DNA of 62,000 bases, counting the filler, from Sphacelaria rigidula (taxonomy: Eukaryota), in the NCBI GenBank assembly GCA_964200075.2. It is 3 parts of 3 records of this genome, joined end to end, with 100 filler letters (N's around TTAATTAATTAA, not from the genome) between each part and the next. Parts side by side here need not be neighbours in the genome. Positions count along the whole stretch, not along the records: positions 20,709 to 41,304 come from CAXNAA020000512.1; positions 41,405 to 62,000 come from CAXNAA020000513.1; 1 more part is not named here. One strand, given 5' to 3'. The notes beneath the pieces are model-generated. The model made no database searches. It was not told where the DNA came from and saw nothing but the letters and a program-made list of their open reading frames with translations. Shown piece after piece: positions 40,173 to 54,400 of the stretch. Position numbers and translations under genes: made by a program. How positions within the stretch are numbered: position 1 is the first letter of the stretch; each line of letters opens with the position of its first letter.

Positions 40173-41304
40173 CCGGTAGAAGGTAGAACGGCTGCAGGGG
40201 ATTTCAGGCATCGAGTCGCTCTCGCCCACACTCTATCTCTGACTATCTTCGTAAAATTCCCCCCCGCCTCCTTGAACAGAGGCAAAATCGTCAACCGCAT
40301 ACTTGGTAGTCGGTCCGCAATCTATAAGATATAGAAGCTTGGCTAGGGGCATGCATTTTTTTTCTCAACTTTCCGCTGCGCCCCGGTGGTCAAACCGTTA
40401 CAGCAACGGGTAGTTATTTCGGGCGGAAGGTAGCGCGTTTAAATCACGATATATGTGGTATTGTTAAGCAGAATCATTTTTCCGTCGTTGAAAGCGTGGG
40501 GACATGAGTGCACATATTTCTTGGCGATGGTCGACGCGGTGCGAGAGTGCTGATTCAATCCACAAAAAGAAAATACCAGGCAGGTATCGAGGGAGAGAGT
40601 TGATCCTCGGAGACTACGCATTCGTGCCGAAAAAATACAAGGAGGAAAAACAACGATAGTGACGAAAAACACATGTACTCAAACCTGATTAAATTACCAC
40701 TTTGTAGCACCAAACGGACATGACCGCTGACTGTAGTGGCTATCGCACGGGGGTCAAACGCCAGGGATGAGGAGATCTGGAAACTCCAACGTTTGGTACG
40801 GCACTTTTCGATCGTTGATCAAAATCAAGACCACGAGTTTGATGAGAATAGTGTTGTGTACTGCGAAAGGTGGCATGGCGTTTTTGGGGGTATATGTGAT
40901 GTTGCATATCGCGTAGACGATATTCTGGGGGTATATTTCATATCATATCATACCATGCCATCTCACATCATATCAGCACCATCATCGCGATAGGTGGCAC
41001 GATAAATACCTATTTTAATATATTGCCTAACCCCATGCAATCGTCATCTTCCTCGCTGAAGCCCAACCCAACCGCCTACCCCCTATGCGCCTAAAATAGT
41101 AATCTGTGTAACGTGTGTTTCAAAATATCTCAGATATCGCTCCGATACACGTGTGTACATGGGATATGCGGGTGTTATATGTCACAAAAGGTCACATATA
41201 TCTATCTCTCCGATATTGTACGAGATTACCCTATAACAGCCGATTCTCGAAAATGGGGTTGAAAAAAATGAGGTTCAACTCAAAAGCCGTGCTTCCCCTG
41301 ACCT

Positions 41305-41404
41305 NNNNNNNNNNNNNNNNNNNNNNNNNNNNNNNNNNNNNNNNNNNNTTAATTAATTAANNNNNNNNNNNNNNNNNNNNNNNNNNNNNNNNNNNNNNNN
41401 NNNN
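41305..41404. other. Artificial scaffold linker (N44-TTAATTAATTAA-N44)
   Basis: Spacer at 41349-41360 within Ns. Confidence 0.95.
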
Positions 41405-41479
41405 TCCGAGAATCGAACCCCACAACTCAACCATCGGAAGGTTACGAGGTTACCAACTGAGCCACCGGGGCGACCGGCT
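41405..41479 (-). mobile_element. Head of SINE family A, truncated by the gap
   Basis: Reverse complement of ccggtcgccccggtggctcagttggtaacctcgtaaccttcc..gggttcgattctcgg. Confidence 0.8.
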
Positions 41480-42423
41480 TGCAGTATAGGAGGGAAAGAC
41501 GATCTCGATCTTTATTGTGAAGATTTTCTCACGTTTTCATTTGTCTGAGTATTTGCCGTTTCGTTGCGGAAGAGCCAGGAAACTCCTAGAATTGGACCAA
41601 AAACGGTCAACAACACCCTCCTGATAAACGGGGTATCTATTCCGTATAGGACCAAAAACACCAACCTGGGCACTGCAGTTTGAGCGCGGCCTACGCTTTC
41701 CCACTGAATCTACCGGCGCTAGCACTTGCAAGAGGTAGTGAAGAATAGTACCCGACAAAAAATTAGAAACCACAACAACTACGAATTCTGAAAACTTTTG
41801 ATGCTGACTACTACTATCGGCTGGAGCAGCTGATGAGGTCGTTCGTTATCCTGCCACAGTTGATTATCCCGCCAACCCAATCCACCGCAACCCCCCTCGG
41901 AGCACAGGGCAGTCCACCCTAGAGGAAGTCACGGTAACTAGAAAATTGTTACTAAAGACAATGGAGATCAGGTGCCATGGGTGAAACTTCGGGCCATGCC
42001 AATCCGTGAACCGGTACGGGTGGTTAGTCTGGAGAACTACAGAAGGATATATTTATTTACTTGAAAACACCGCGGGTACTGTCTGTAGTGTCTTTGTAGG
42101 CGAATATTATATACCAAAATATGAAAACTAAAAACGAACAGAACTGGCAGTTTTCTCCCAAGACACCTAGGGCAGCAAGGACCCAGGAGCTGGATCAGCT
42201 CAAGCAGGAAGGTGAGTTGTTTTCAGCTAGATGAAAGAACAATGTGCAACAATATCCAGTGGAGAAAAATATAGATCAAAGTAGGTTGTCACATTCGTCG
42301 CAACAACGTCCACACGAGTCTTGGAACATTTCACTTCACACTCACATCCACACACCCTTGATGTTCTCCCTTGTCCCACACACCCGTCACCTTCTCCCTT
42401 GTACCGTCAACAGTTTTGGGAGC

Positions 42424-45400
42424 ATGGAAAATGCCAGTTATGCCAGAGTCCGACTGGAATCTGCTCCCTATAGCAGCAAGCCCGGCATAGGTTAGTTCCA
42501 TTGTGTGTTCCATTGTGCTGGTGCTCTCGCCATAACTGTGGGGCAGCCTCGGAGTGAATTGAAACCATGCTGTTATTTGTGGCATGTCGCGAAAACCTCT
42601 TCTGCTCGGAAAAATCCCATGTGCACCACGGGTACATACATGCACCACGTATCCGTGCCGTCTTTGGATACGTGATGGTGGTAAAACAATGGATCAAATG
42701 GCTGTTGCCCCGGCTCGGGTTATGCCCGTCTACCCAGAGAGTACAAGATGAGAGGGGCGAAGCGATGCCCTCGAGCGGTTTCCTTTCAATCCGACCTTCA
42801 CGATCATGCCTGCCGTACATCGCCTCTTGCTGTGTAATGCTTTTCTGTGCTGACTGTATTGTAGAACAGCTTTGACATTGTTCATCATTTGCCCGTCACC
42901 TGTCGTTGTTCGGTTCCGATTGTGAACGATTGTTCCGCACGCAGGGATACTGAGTGCGGTGTACGTTGTCGGTCTACTGGCATGCCTGCTGGTGGGTCGC
43001 AAGGGTCCCGATGTATTCGCCAGGTCTCCGCCTGATGCTGTGGAAACTTCCTCTCTCAACGTCACTTGGTATGGCAAAATTGACGGGATGGAACCAATGC
43101 ATCAGGTGCGCGATTTGCGATTTGAGTTTTTCCTGAGCAGCAGCGAACCCTCCTCCTCGCACATGTTCTCCGACACGGTAGTTGAATATTTTACCGTTGT
43201 GTCACGTTAATGCCGGACTCACAACAAGCCAAACACCGGCATCACACGCTACCCGCGCTCTGTTGAGCATTCGATACAGAACACGACGATCTGGGGCATT
43301 TCACACGTCCTCACTGAACCCAGTATACTGTACCCCCAGGGCATGGAGCATGATTCCTTTCCACAGGCACCGTAGGTGAGGTAGGTACCCGGTACCGGTA
43401 TGTGGGATATCTCATACGAGTACCCTACCAATTCCGGTCCAATCGGGTATTTTGAAATGCCGTACCTACGATACCCACGATGCCACGGTATTTCGAGATG
43501 TCATCACCTACTGCTATCGGCCTAGTCGGGTATTTTGAAATGTCGTACCCACGATACCACGGTTTTTCGAAATGTCAATACCCACCCTACCCGCTGCCAG
43601 TCGCCCCAGTGGTTCAGTTGATAACCTCGAAACCTTCTGACGGTTGGGTCGTGGGTTCAATCTCGGAGCGATCTGGGACTTTTTCTCACATCATGCCCAA
43701 CAGTGGAAAGCGTAAATGTCGTGGGTACACAAAATTCGACTCAACGGTCGACGAAGGAAAGGGACTGCTGGACCCCTCTCGCGATAAAAAAGAAGGGCAA
43801 GCACCGCATAAGGAAGGGAGCGTACTAGAAACAAATGAAGAAGAAGCTGTGTTTATCTTCCTCCTGTGTGACCCCGGCTGGTGCGCCCACATATTCCAAA
43901 AGGTGTCGACCGGCGTCCAGAAAAGATGGGACGTGAACACACACACACCCGCTCATTCAGGTATTTCCAAAACCCGTACCTACGATAACTGCGAGCTGAG
44001 CCAGCCTGGAGGATTCGAAGTTTTCAGGCCCATCCTGAGCCCAAAATGTAGAGTTGGGGCGTAAAATTTGGTATGGACAATGCATGAGGCATAAAGGAGA
44101 AAATGACGTCAGTATCAAAAGTTTTCTTTCATGTCAAGGACATTCCACTGATACCTAAAAACTGATTATTGCCCTCAACTCGTGAAAAAAAAAAGGACCA
44201 AATGGTACCTACGTTTCAACTTTCAATATTCGGCTGAGCATGGGCCTTTTAAGAGCTGTGTGAGTGAAAATTCGGAACAGTATTTCGAAGACCACTCACC
44301 GGCCCACGTTTGGTTTTGGTGTAATGAAATTTTGTGTGGGCGCTCTTCAAGGCATAATTAACAACACTCAGTGGGTTAGGTTATTTTCAACAATTTTTTT
44401 TACTGATTTAGGGCGTTATAGTATGGTGAAGACCATATCTTCACGAATATGCCCCAACCTCAATGAATAAAAAAAATAAAGATACAGGCCCGTTTTTTTT
44501 CATTCGGCACATTTTCGTGGTTCTCCATGCAAAGTTCAAATCACTATTCTAAAATTGAGTCAAAACATCAAGATGGGGCCTGAGAGCCATGTTCATATTC
44601 TCGTCAAAACCCCAATAAAAACACGAAAAAAAATAAGGAACAATTTTGAATAAAAAGGTGACAAGCTGTTCGTCTTTTAATTATGCACTAGCGGTTCACC
44701 ACACGAAATTTTATGGACCAACTCTCAAAAACTGAGACGCGATATCCAGATTTAGTGCATCTAGTGCCTCTGCTCGTAATATATTGATTTTAGTGTCTAA
44801 ACTTATGTGCGCCATATTTCGGGATAAATAACGAATTAGGTGAGGGCGAGGGTATCTATCGTCTGCCCCTGCTCCAGAGAGTGTCCACATCAAAATTCGT
44901 TGTCATCCGCTGAATCCATTGATCTGGGGTTTCATGGAGATTTTAGTGTTAACGCTATCTCCGTTAGATATAGGAATTACTGGACATGATATTTAATCAG
45001 CGAGAAAATATGGGCTCAAACTTTTGAGCAGATGGGCACCTTCCCCTTGGTTGGACGATCAATACGATAAGCGGATCATGGCCCAAGTCGTCTGTGTCGA
45101 TGATACATTCTTTTTAGAGCTTACACAACCGGTCGCCCCGGTGGCTCAGTCGTTAACCTCGTAACCTTCTGACGGTCAAGTGGACGGGTTCGATTCCCGG
45201 GGCGATCTGGAATCTTTTCTCACACCATGCTCAACAGTGGAGAGCGACTTTGTCGTGGGTACACAGAATTCGACTCAACGGTTGACGATGGAAAGGGACT
45301 GCTGAACCCCTCTCGCGATGAAATGAAGGCAAGCACCGCAGAAGGAAGGGGGAGTACTAAAAACAAAGAAGGAATAATAAGCTCCTGTGTTAACCTCCCT

Positions 45401-48400
45401 CCTGTGTGACTACGGCTGATGCGCCCACATATACCGAAAGGTGTAGACTGGTGCCCAGCATGAGTGGGACGACAACACAACACACAATACACAGAGCTTA
45501 AACCCGTTTTTAGGTTGGCCCAGTTCGTACGACACCACGGTATTCCGAGATACCAGTCTGTGACCACGGGTTCGCGAGAGCGGACTAATATGCGGAAATA
45601 ATAGTATTAACAATAATAATACATTTGATGATAATCAAGTATGGACCCCAAAACGACACGACTTACTTGATTCCAGTACCAAGCGGGGAGACAATCAGGT
45701 CAAGAATATATTTGATGAGTATCCACGTACCCGCTCAATCAGGCAGCTTCTTCTAGACTGAAAAAAGTCGACTTTTTCCAGATCAATCAGTTTTCGAAAC
45801 CCCACTTTAAATAGTTTATGAAAAAATCGTGGGGATTTTGACACCCGAAACCACGCTGGTAGTGGTCATCATGTGCATTTTGTGCTTATGCCACCTGCGG
45901 TAAATCAACACGTGAACAATCCCGTCGAGGTACAGGATGGATGGGATGGCAACACACACACGCACACACGCACGCACAGTAGCTACTGGTATAGTAGGGA
46001 TCGAAATGATAGGCTCATCAACCCTTGATTCAGCCGATCGCTGCTTGGTACAATGGTCGTGTCGCAAACGGTGCACTGCGCGCAGCAGACGGTTTGTGGC
46101 ATACTGCACACAACAAATTCACATGACACTTGGTAGTGCGGTAGCAACCGTCTCAGTACGCAGAATACTACAAAGTTCGCAATCGGTGGCGGGCACGACA
46201 GGCATGAAACGATATGAGCAGTCAACGCAGCCAGCAGGGGCGACATTCTGCTATTTTCCGGTAGTAACGCTGCCGGCAAAAAAGCACCGTACTGTCGGTA
46301 CTGTCTGTCCCTGGTCCTACGGTCATGGAGAGGATGCACAGAGTGCTGCCGTTGTTGTGTTGTTGCCACGGTACTGTACATATAACACTGACAATATTTT
46401 TGCACTGACTGTACTACGCTTGTATGCAAGGAATGTGTGATGGAACGACAATTCCCAGACAGAAAGAAGTCTCTTGCGAATCGATGGCTTTTCGCAGAGA
46501 TATTTGACAAAATTCCGCTGTCTGCAAACTGTGACCAGTTTCCAGAGACTTTTTTTCATGGAAAATGGCCTTACAAGGTCGCGTTCTGAAAAAAGTCTCT
46601 GGAGACTAACCAAAACGACTTTTCTCAGATACTTTTTTAGTCTGTAAGAAGCGGCCTCAAGTATTTCCATAACTCATACAGACTGGTTCACCCTTATCAC
46701 CCAAACATGTCATCAGCAGATGCCTTCCGCAGTACCTACCCAATAGTCGCATACATGACATCATACTGACCGCCATGGGTAGCTGAAGAGCGTGATATAG
46801 CCGGATTTGAGTGTAAGGCCATAGAGGTAGTGCTAAGGGCGAAAAGGTATATCGACCAGTCAGCGCCCGTCAAATTGTTCCGAGATTGAAATTACGATCT
46901 TCAAGCCCGATTCCCACCCTATCTCCACATGCTTCAAATCGTAGTAACCGCAACCGGCTTGGAAATCTAACGAAGAAAACATATTTGAAAACGGTTACTA
47001 CTGGGTCGAATTATATTCGAAACCGTGATGTTTCGGTGATGGTGGGTGTTGTCGTCTGTGCGTGTGTGTTGTCGTCCCATCTATTCTGGGCGCCGGTCTA
47101 CACCTTTCCTTATATGCGGGCGCACCAGCCGGGGTCACACAGCAGAATGGTCTACACAGGGGCTTCTTCTTTTTTGTTTGTTTTTAGTGCCCCAAGTTCC
47201 TTCTGCGGTGCTTGCCTTTATTTTTTACCGCGAGAAGGGTTTAGCGGTCCCTTTCCCTCGTCGAACGTCAAGTCGACTTTTGTGTACCCACGACATGATC
47301 GCTCTCGACTGTTGATCATGAGAAAATACCAGATCGCTACGAGAAGTGAACCCACGACCCAACCGTCAGATGGTGTCGACTTTACCAACTAAGCCACCGA
47401 GGCGACCGGTAGCATTGTAATTTACACTAATGATGAGCACGACAGACAGGGAACCTCGTGACGGTGTCCCCTACATCTGTTGTAGAAAAGCTCGGATCGC
47501 CCTCAAACTAAGCAGTGTCATAGGTATTGATGCTCGAAATGGAAAAATTGTGTTTTTGAACATTTGTCATGGTTTCTCCGTTCTTCACCGGCTTCCGGGG
47601 GTCCCCGTTGGAAGACCCCCGGAAGGCAGTACAGAATGGTCCAAAAGAAACACATGTGCAAAGTTTGGTGCAGAAAATCGAAAACCTCATATGGCCGTTT
47701 TGACACTACAATCAAGTGGTTCGCGATTTCACCGCGGCACGTCACAATTCATCGCGCAAGAGCGAAAAAACCTCACGCCGTTTTTTGGGAGTTAGACCCT
47801 GAAGTTTTGCACAACTGTGCTATGGGTCATCACGCAACTTTGATCAACGAATTTTCGATTTTTCTTCTTCATCGTTTTACGGGGGTCCGATTGGATCGAT
47901 GTTTCCCAAAAAAAACTGGGACCCCTAGAAAACGGAGAAAAGGTCGAAAAACCTCGACCGTCCGAAGTTGCGTAATACACCTTAAAACATCTGTGCAAAA
48001 TTTCAGAGTCTCACTGTTGGAAACGGCGTGGGGTTTGCCGATGAGTATATTTTTGGTGATATGCCTGAACCAGCCTGTGCCTACGATATCGCAGTTTTTC
48101 GAGATTTCAACACCTGCCGTACCCGCTCAATCGAGTATTTCCAAAACTCATACAAGTACTTGTACCTACGATACCCACGCAAACTACGGTATGGCATACT
48201 CTCGTAAATACCGGGAGTATACCCGGTAAATTCCGGACGCGATTACCTTTCCACGGTTCAGTAGGTCAGCAGTTGTCGGAGCAGGTACGTGTTGTTTTCA
48301 CGAGTAATATACTCGTATATACCCAGATTCCCCCTGATTTTCGTGTTGAGATCAATTCGGATAAACTCATTATTATCCAAAGATGAAGTGCAGTAGTTGG

Positions 48401-51400
48401 GTATGCTTTGTTTATTTTTTATTGGCGAAAACTTGCGCATCTTGTTTCATCGTGAGATCAGCGGTGGAATCGCGTGGTGCCATGGGCAACCGAGTTGAGG
48501 ACACAGCCTCATTGACAGTGCAGGCAGTAGACATTGAAGTCTTTTTCTCGCTGCATTGTCAGCAGAGAGAGCTGATAATCCTGGGCTGTCTGCACTGCAC
48601 GTTGCCCGCTCCTCTTTGAAATCCTTCTGTGAGAAAAACGCACACACGCACTCGAGACACATTGCTTGCAGCAGTGCAGACAGTACAGACCGTCGGTACT
48701 GTACACGAGTGACCATATACCGTTTCACGAATTTCACTTTTTTTCGATCGAAAATTAGAAATTCGCTTGGATCCACCTGGGCAAAAATGAGTGATGTTCG
48801 CTCAAATCAATTCCACCGTCCCATTTTTTCGATCGAAAAAAAGTGCGAAGTCACGTCCTAAAACCCCTTCTCCGCACTCCCGGAGGACAGTTTGAAGCCG
48901 ATATAGAGGGTAAGCAGGTGCCCGGTACTGGCATCTGGGAAGTCGCATACCCTAGCGATACCGGTCCAATCGGGTATTTTCGAGTGTCATACCTACAAAT
49001 ACCTACGATACCACGGTGTTTGAAGATATCAGTATCTACTATACCTGCCTAAACGGGTATTTTCGAAACCCGTACCCACGATAACGATGATACCACGATA
49101 TTCAGAGATTTTCATGCCCACCCTACCCGCTCAATCAGGTAATTCCAAAACTCATACTTACAATAACCACGCATACCACGGTATGAGATACCCCGGTAAA
49201 TACAGGGGGTACGCCAGGTATGATACCTTACCCACGGTTCCCGCGTTCCTTTTCATTAATGTAGAGGCGGTATTTCGAAGGATGGGCACCCGAACACCAC
49301 GCACCTGGCGTCGGATGATGTCAACACTTCCACGTGTGTGTAGGTTGAGGCCGCAGGTAGGTGTTGACGCAAAAATATCGGCGAGCCAACGCGTTCTGGT
49401 GCGCGGCGTGGGTTGCAAGGATGATAATGTACCATGCCAGAACTCCTTTCGGAACATGCCTCACTTTTTCATTGCAATTTAGAGGGAACAATTCGAACCA
49501 GCGCGGAGGGAACGGTAGATCTCACGGGCATGGTTGTTCAAGTCGGTTCGCCTATCGGCCGACGCTCGCAGGGACACAGGTGACAAGCGCTATGTGTAAT
49601 TGTGGTTCGTTCCGTTTCGGTTTACACCGCATCCCGTGTCGCGCACGATGTGGCCGTACATCCGAGTTAAAGACAGTGCCTCCTGCCAAGGACCACTGTG
49701 AAACGATTCGGGGGAGGGACAACATCCCCCGACACCGCTCGACATGAGGGCAGACTGACAACACGCGACGGGGGCAGTTGGTCTCGGCTTTTTTTAGAAT
49801 CAACCTGCGTTTCTAGTGGAGGGGGGTCCCACGTAAAGACATTGATCTTTCTTCGGCATGAACCTGATGTGGATCAAGACAAATTTTTTTCCGTTTCAGC
49901 TACTCACAATGGGGCCGAGTGTCCTTGGTAATTTTCACATCTTGGACAATATATGGTCAATAGTTGCAATAGATCTATACTTGATGCAGTACACTTCTGG
50001 TGTATTGCATATGTTGACTATATATTGTCTAGGGTGTGGTGATTTTCACGGATGGATCGCGGTTATTCCAGCCCTGGCAAGGCGTGGTTCGCGTCGTACG
50101 CCCAGTGCAGTACTGCCGGCTCGAATCATTCAGTGCCAACTTTGTCGTCCACTCCATCGCCACGGCCCATTTCGTGTAAAAAAGAGTTTTGGGAATTGTT
50201 TCATGTGAGAAGAGGGAAAACGCCAGTAGCAGCACATTTTCGATCCTAAATGAGAGTTTAGGATGGAACTTTGAGGATCAGACCCCAGCTTTGAGACTGC
50301 CATGCTGAAGTTTGATATCCCGCTTCAAAACTAAGGATGGCAAGGAGGAACATGAACGAACCTACCATTGTCACAGCCAGTTTACACTCACCACACCCAC
50401 AACAAGTAACGTGAAATATTGAACACAACTGCCATCCTCATGACAGGGGACCAGTCACGAAGTTGCCACGCTTGGCATCGCAGAGAGGCAACCTCCCTTC
50501 CTGCCGCCACCATGGTATCAACATTCTCTTGGTTGTTTCGTGAAAACGGAATTCTCGGTGTGCATTGGGCTTTCCCTTGGGTACACCTTCTCGCTATTGC
50601 CGACCTCGTGTATGATGAGCTGGAGGACGACGGTGTGAACGTACCGTAGTGTATTGCACGGCAGCAGTGCTGCTAGACAAGCGTTGCGTTGCCAGTCTGT
50701 TCGAGGTCACCTCTTCCAACACCGTTGTGGGTGGTGTGGTGCAAAATTGTTGCCATGTGGCTTTGTCTGCTATTTGCTTGATAGATCTGCCGTGCTGTAT
50801 GTCCCTCTGTACCGTATTGCAACGTGTTGTAGTGTTGCATTGCACTTGAGTGTACTGCACCACTGTACACTGTGTGGTATGGTACAACGTTGGCGCACTG
50901 CCTGCACTTCTGACTGACTACGGGGCAGTGCCGTGCTGACATCCGTATTTTTTGATCGAATAGTTGAACGCAAATTTGATGGGACAACCCACAGCTAATC
51001 ACTGCGAACAATAATGCCACGTCACGTCAGCTTCCGCCCTGAGCTTTTTGGCTTGCATCTTCGAGTTTTCTCGTCCTGATCCTCAACCCCTAGACTGCGA
51101 ACTCCTATCAGATGGACCATGCGACATGTAGGATTCAGAATAGCCGTTCGGTCGCTATCTACAAAAGGCCTTTTTTTCACAAACATTTGGATGTGGGGCA
51201 TGTAAGTACAACTCTGTACCGAAAAACTCACGACCGGCTTTTACCCTGCAGTCAAGTGCGAGCATAGTCTGTACTCGCTGCACACCGGTGGTGTTGTGGT
51301 TCGGCTGTTGCCATCAAGGTTGAAATAGTGAAATAGTATGGGTTCTATTGTCGATGCCTGGAGCTTTTTCTTCCATGAATCTGATGTCCACCGTCGAAAG

Positions 51401-54400
51401 TGTGAGTGCGTGAGTAAACCAAAAGTGGTTGACTAAGTTTGTTTGACCAGAGATGACGCGGAGAGGGAGTGCTGACTTCATCCGCGAGACCAAGATGCTA
51501 GGCGTGTACCGGGGAGAGATTGGTTGATTCCTTGATACCACGGACTTGTCCCGAAGAGGGAAGGGATTCAAAGTGCGACAAAACCCCCCTCAAAACGGTA
51601 ACTCAACTCCTCTCGGGCCTCGGTCCTGGCTTGAAAATTTCCGCGGGAAACTTGCAAATATATAGTTGACCTACTGAGCTCTTCGGCTGTTCCGCGGACA
51701 GGCCCCCCGCCCCTCTGTCAAAAACCATCCCCCCCCCTCCTGCCCCCTGACAACCCCCGTATTTCCTTCGACTGTCACACAGTGATACTGTGCCGAGGCG
51801 ACGCTCGCAGTCTATGTGGCAGCTGGAGGTGGTTCATATTTGAATCGGTGTCATCTTCACTAGAGCAAATATGGCAATTTTTCGGAACTCTCCATCAAGC
51901 GTTTCCTCCCTCCTCAGTGACATGCATCCTTTGCTATCCTGGAGCCTCAGCCACTGAAGTTGTTTATGATGCCAATTTTTCGTGGTGACGTGTGATGCGG
52001 ACAGCTTTCTTCCAAGGACGTGTGCTGCTCCAACCTCAGCACATATCACTCTGTGGAGTATGGCCGTTTCAAATGTAACTCGTGCCTTGATGTAAAAGCA
52101 AATTCGGTAAAAAGTCCCACACGCGGCCATTCGGCTACCATCGAAGATCCTGTAGGGGATTTCCCAAAAGGTCACCCTCAGTTACATCCGTGTTGAAATT
52201 CCCACGACAGGATCTCAGGTATTCGTAACCCTTTAGAGGATTTTCAAGGTTCGGGTCTCCCTCGAAGGTCTGTTTTAATATCGAATCCCTCTGGATTGCT
52301 TTGTACTGCCCGCACCCTACCCCGCATATTCCGTGCTCATGAGGGAGGATGCTCAAGTTTTCACCAACAAGAATTACATCATATCCAACAACGGCATTGT
52401 GTATCTATATCCCCGTGCCCAATTCGTGCTTTTAGCTGCAGGGTTGCGGTGGTAGCTTGGAAAAAATGTTGTGGTTCGTACGGTTCGATCTGTGAACGGG
52501 GGGTGATACATATCTGGCGTGATAATCTATACTACAATATTGCTGGGGTTCTAAAGGTCCCCTGGAAGCAGTTGAGGCACAAGTGCCGTCCATAAGTTTG
52601 GTGTAGTACGAACTCTAGAGGTACATTTACACCCTGAAAAGTAATATTTACTCAAATCTCCCCAGAGGCACCCTCGGTGAAATTATGTGCTCAAGGGAAT
52701 CATGTGCCTTGTGGCGGCTTCGTTTACTGTCCTCTCCAGGGGCATCATGAACCACCAGATGATATTTCATCCTCCGGAGGGCCCTTTTGCCTCCTGGAGA
52801 GAAGACAACGCGATAGTGGATTTTCAAAGAGGGGCCGAATAGCCGCGTGTGCCCCGTAGTTCTGTACCGCTGATTAGTAATGTCGCGAGAGGTCCGGTCA
52901 TGAAAACCGTTGGTCTGGGAGGTGAAATCTGCATCTGAATCAACATGACAGTGGTCGAGCACGTTGATCAGCTGGGAAACATCACGCTTGGTTTCGTTTC
53001 CGCCACTATCGCCTACATGGGGCGTGTTTAACAGTCTTTAACCAACCATCAATAAATGTATGATCATTCACTTCGTGACAGTTTTTGGGGCTAGCTCGGG
53101 GGGAAGGCTAAAGCATCATCGCTCATGTGTCGGTCACACCGTATGCTCTCATACTTTCAGCAGGATCGGCTAACTGGCAGCGCTGACACTCCACCGATTG
53201 TTGGAGGGTGGCAACAGTGCGGGCGCAAATGTCTGCTGGTTGGCCGGGCGCGTGACGGATTGCTTTTGCTTGGTAGTTTTGACCAGGGTTCGTCACAAAA
53301 GTTCGGGACATGACACGACAGGAATTCCCGTGCGTTAAAACTTGTCCGCTTAATCTCGTCTCTTCCTCACTGAAGAGTGTGTTGAATCCTCCTCCCGAAA
53401 CATGGGCAGCGATACTAGCACATGCTTACGATGAATATCACTACGTTTGAGGTCGAAGGTCAGCTTTCGACAACAGCAGTTGGATTGACTCGCATCAGCG
53501 ACGGGGAAATGTTTCCGTCTGAAAGTCCCGTTAAAAGCCCTGGTTACGAAACTGCTGACAATGCATAGGTGTATGTTGATGTAAACTGCTGTAAAATGCC
53601 CAAGTATCACTCATAATGCCGCTGCGCCCCGCTGGTGTAATGGTCCGACTATCACCGTTAGGGTGGAGAGAACGGGGGTTCGATTCCCGACCCGTTGGTT
53701 TTTTTCTTCGCAATGTACTATTTCCACCGTGTAAAGCGTGAGAACGTGAGTAAATAAATTTGTCGACTGGGTTTGTGTGATGTGAGTTGACGCGGTGCGG
53801 GAGTGCTGATAGTCATGACCCAATCCGCGAGACCAAAATGCAACGCACGTACCGGGGGAGAGATGGGTTGATCCCTTGAGACCCCGGACTCATCCCAAGG
53901 AAGGGGAGGCATTCGAAGTGTGACGGGAAATATATATATATATATATATATGCCCCACATTCTCCCACACCAACATATCGAAACACTAGAGAAAAAGGAG
54001 AAATGCCATTGATGAGTATAAAAAGCTTCCCTGGACCATTTGGACGTCAGCGCGAATCAACAATTTCCGAAATGAATGCAAGCGCGTGTGCATCAGTACT
54101 AGCTAAACACGGTATGCCGACTCTGATGAGTAGAGAGCAAGGCACATCCACAAATGATACGTGCTGCCCTCATCGAGCGCGTTTGTCGTTTGCTTTCGTG
54201 TTGGCGAGCAACAACAAAGTGGAGAACAATCGTGTGACCTGTACACCGCGAACTGTGCAGTTTTACGAAAGCAATAATTGCAAGCCCATTCCCTGACACA
54301 TGATTGAGGAATTGAGGCCAAACAAGCACATGATAAGGTATGCGGTTGAGTTTAACATGTCTTCACAATCGTGTTTGAGCGTAGCGTGTAAGTGCAGCAC

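Larger units (their letters stand above)
43368..48258. mobile_element. MITE-like element broken up by nested insertions
   Basis: Segments at 43368-43595, 43947-43990, ~45525-45560, ~45720-45745 and 48080-48258 match parts of the compact copy at 48900-49240. Imperfect terminal inverted repeat accgtaggtgaggta / tacctttccacggt. The fragments could come from more than one copy. Confidence 0.55.

Noticed and set aside
45128-45205. tRNA gene candidates (also 43596, 53626, 13178)
   Set aside because: A and B boxes are present but there is no proper acceptor or anticodon stem, and most continue into shared repeat bodies with tails or TSDs, so they are SINE heads.
49620-49665. Minus-strand VRDTGCGV resembling a histidine-kinase G1 box
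   Set aside because: No N or G2 box and stops nearby; chance match.
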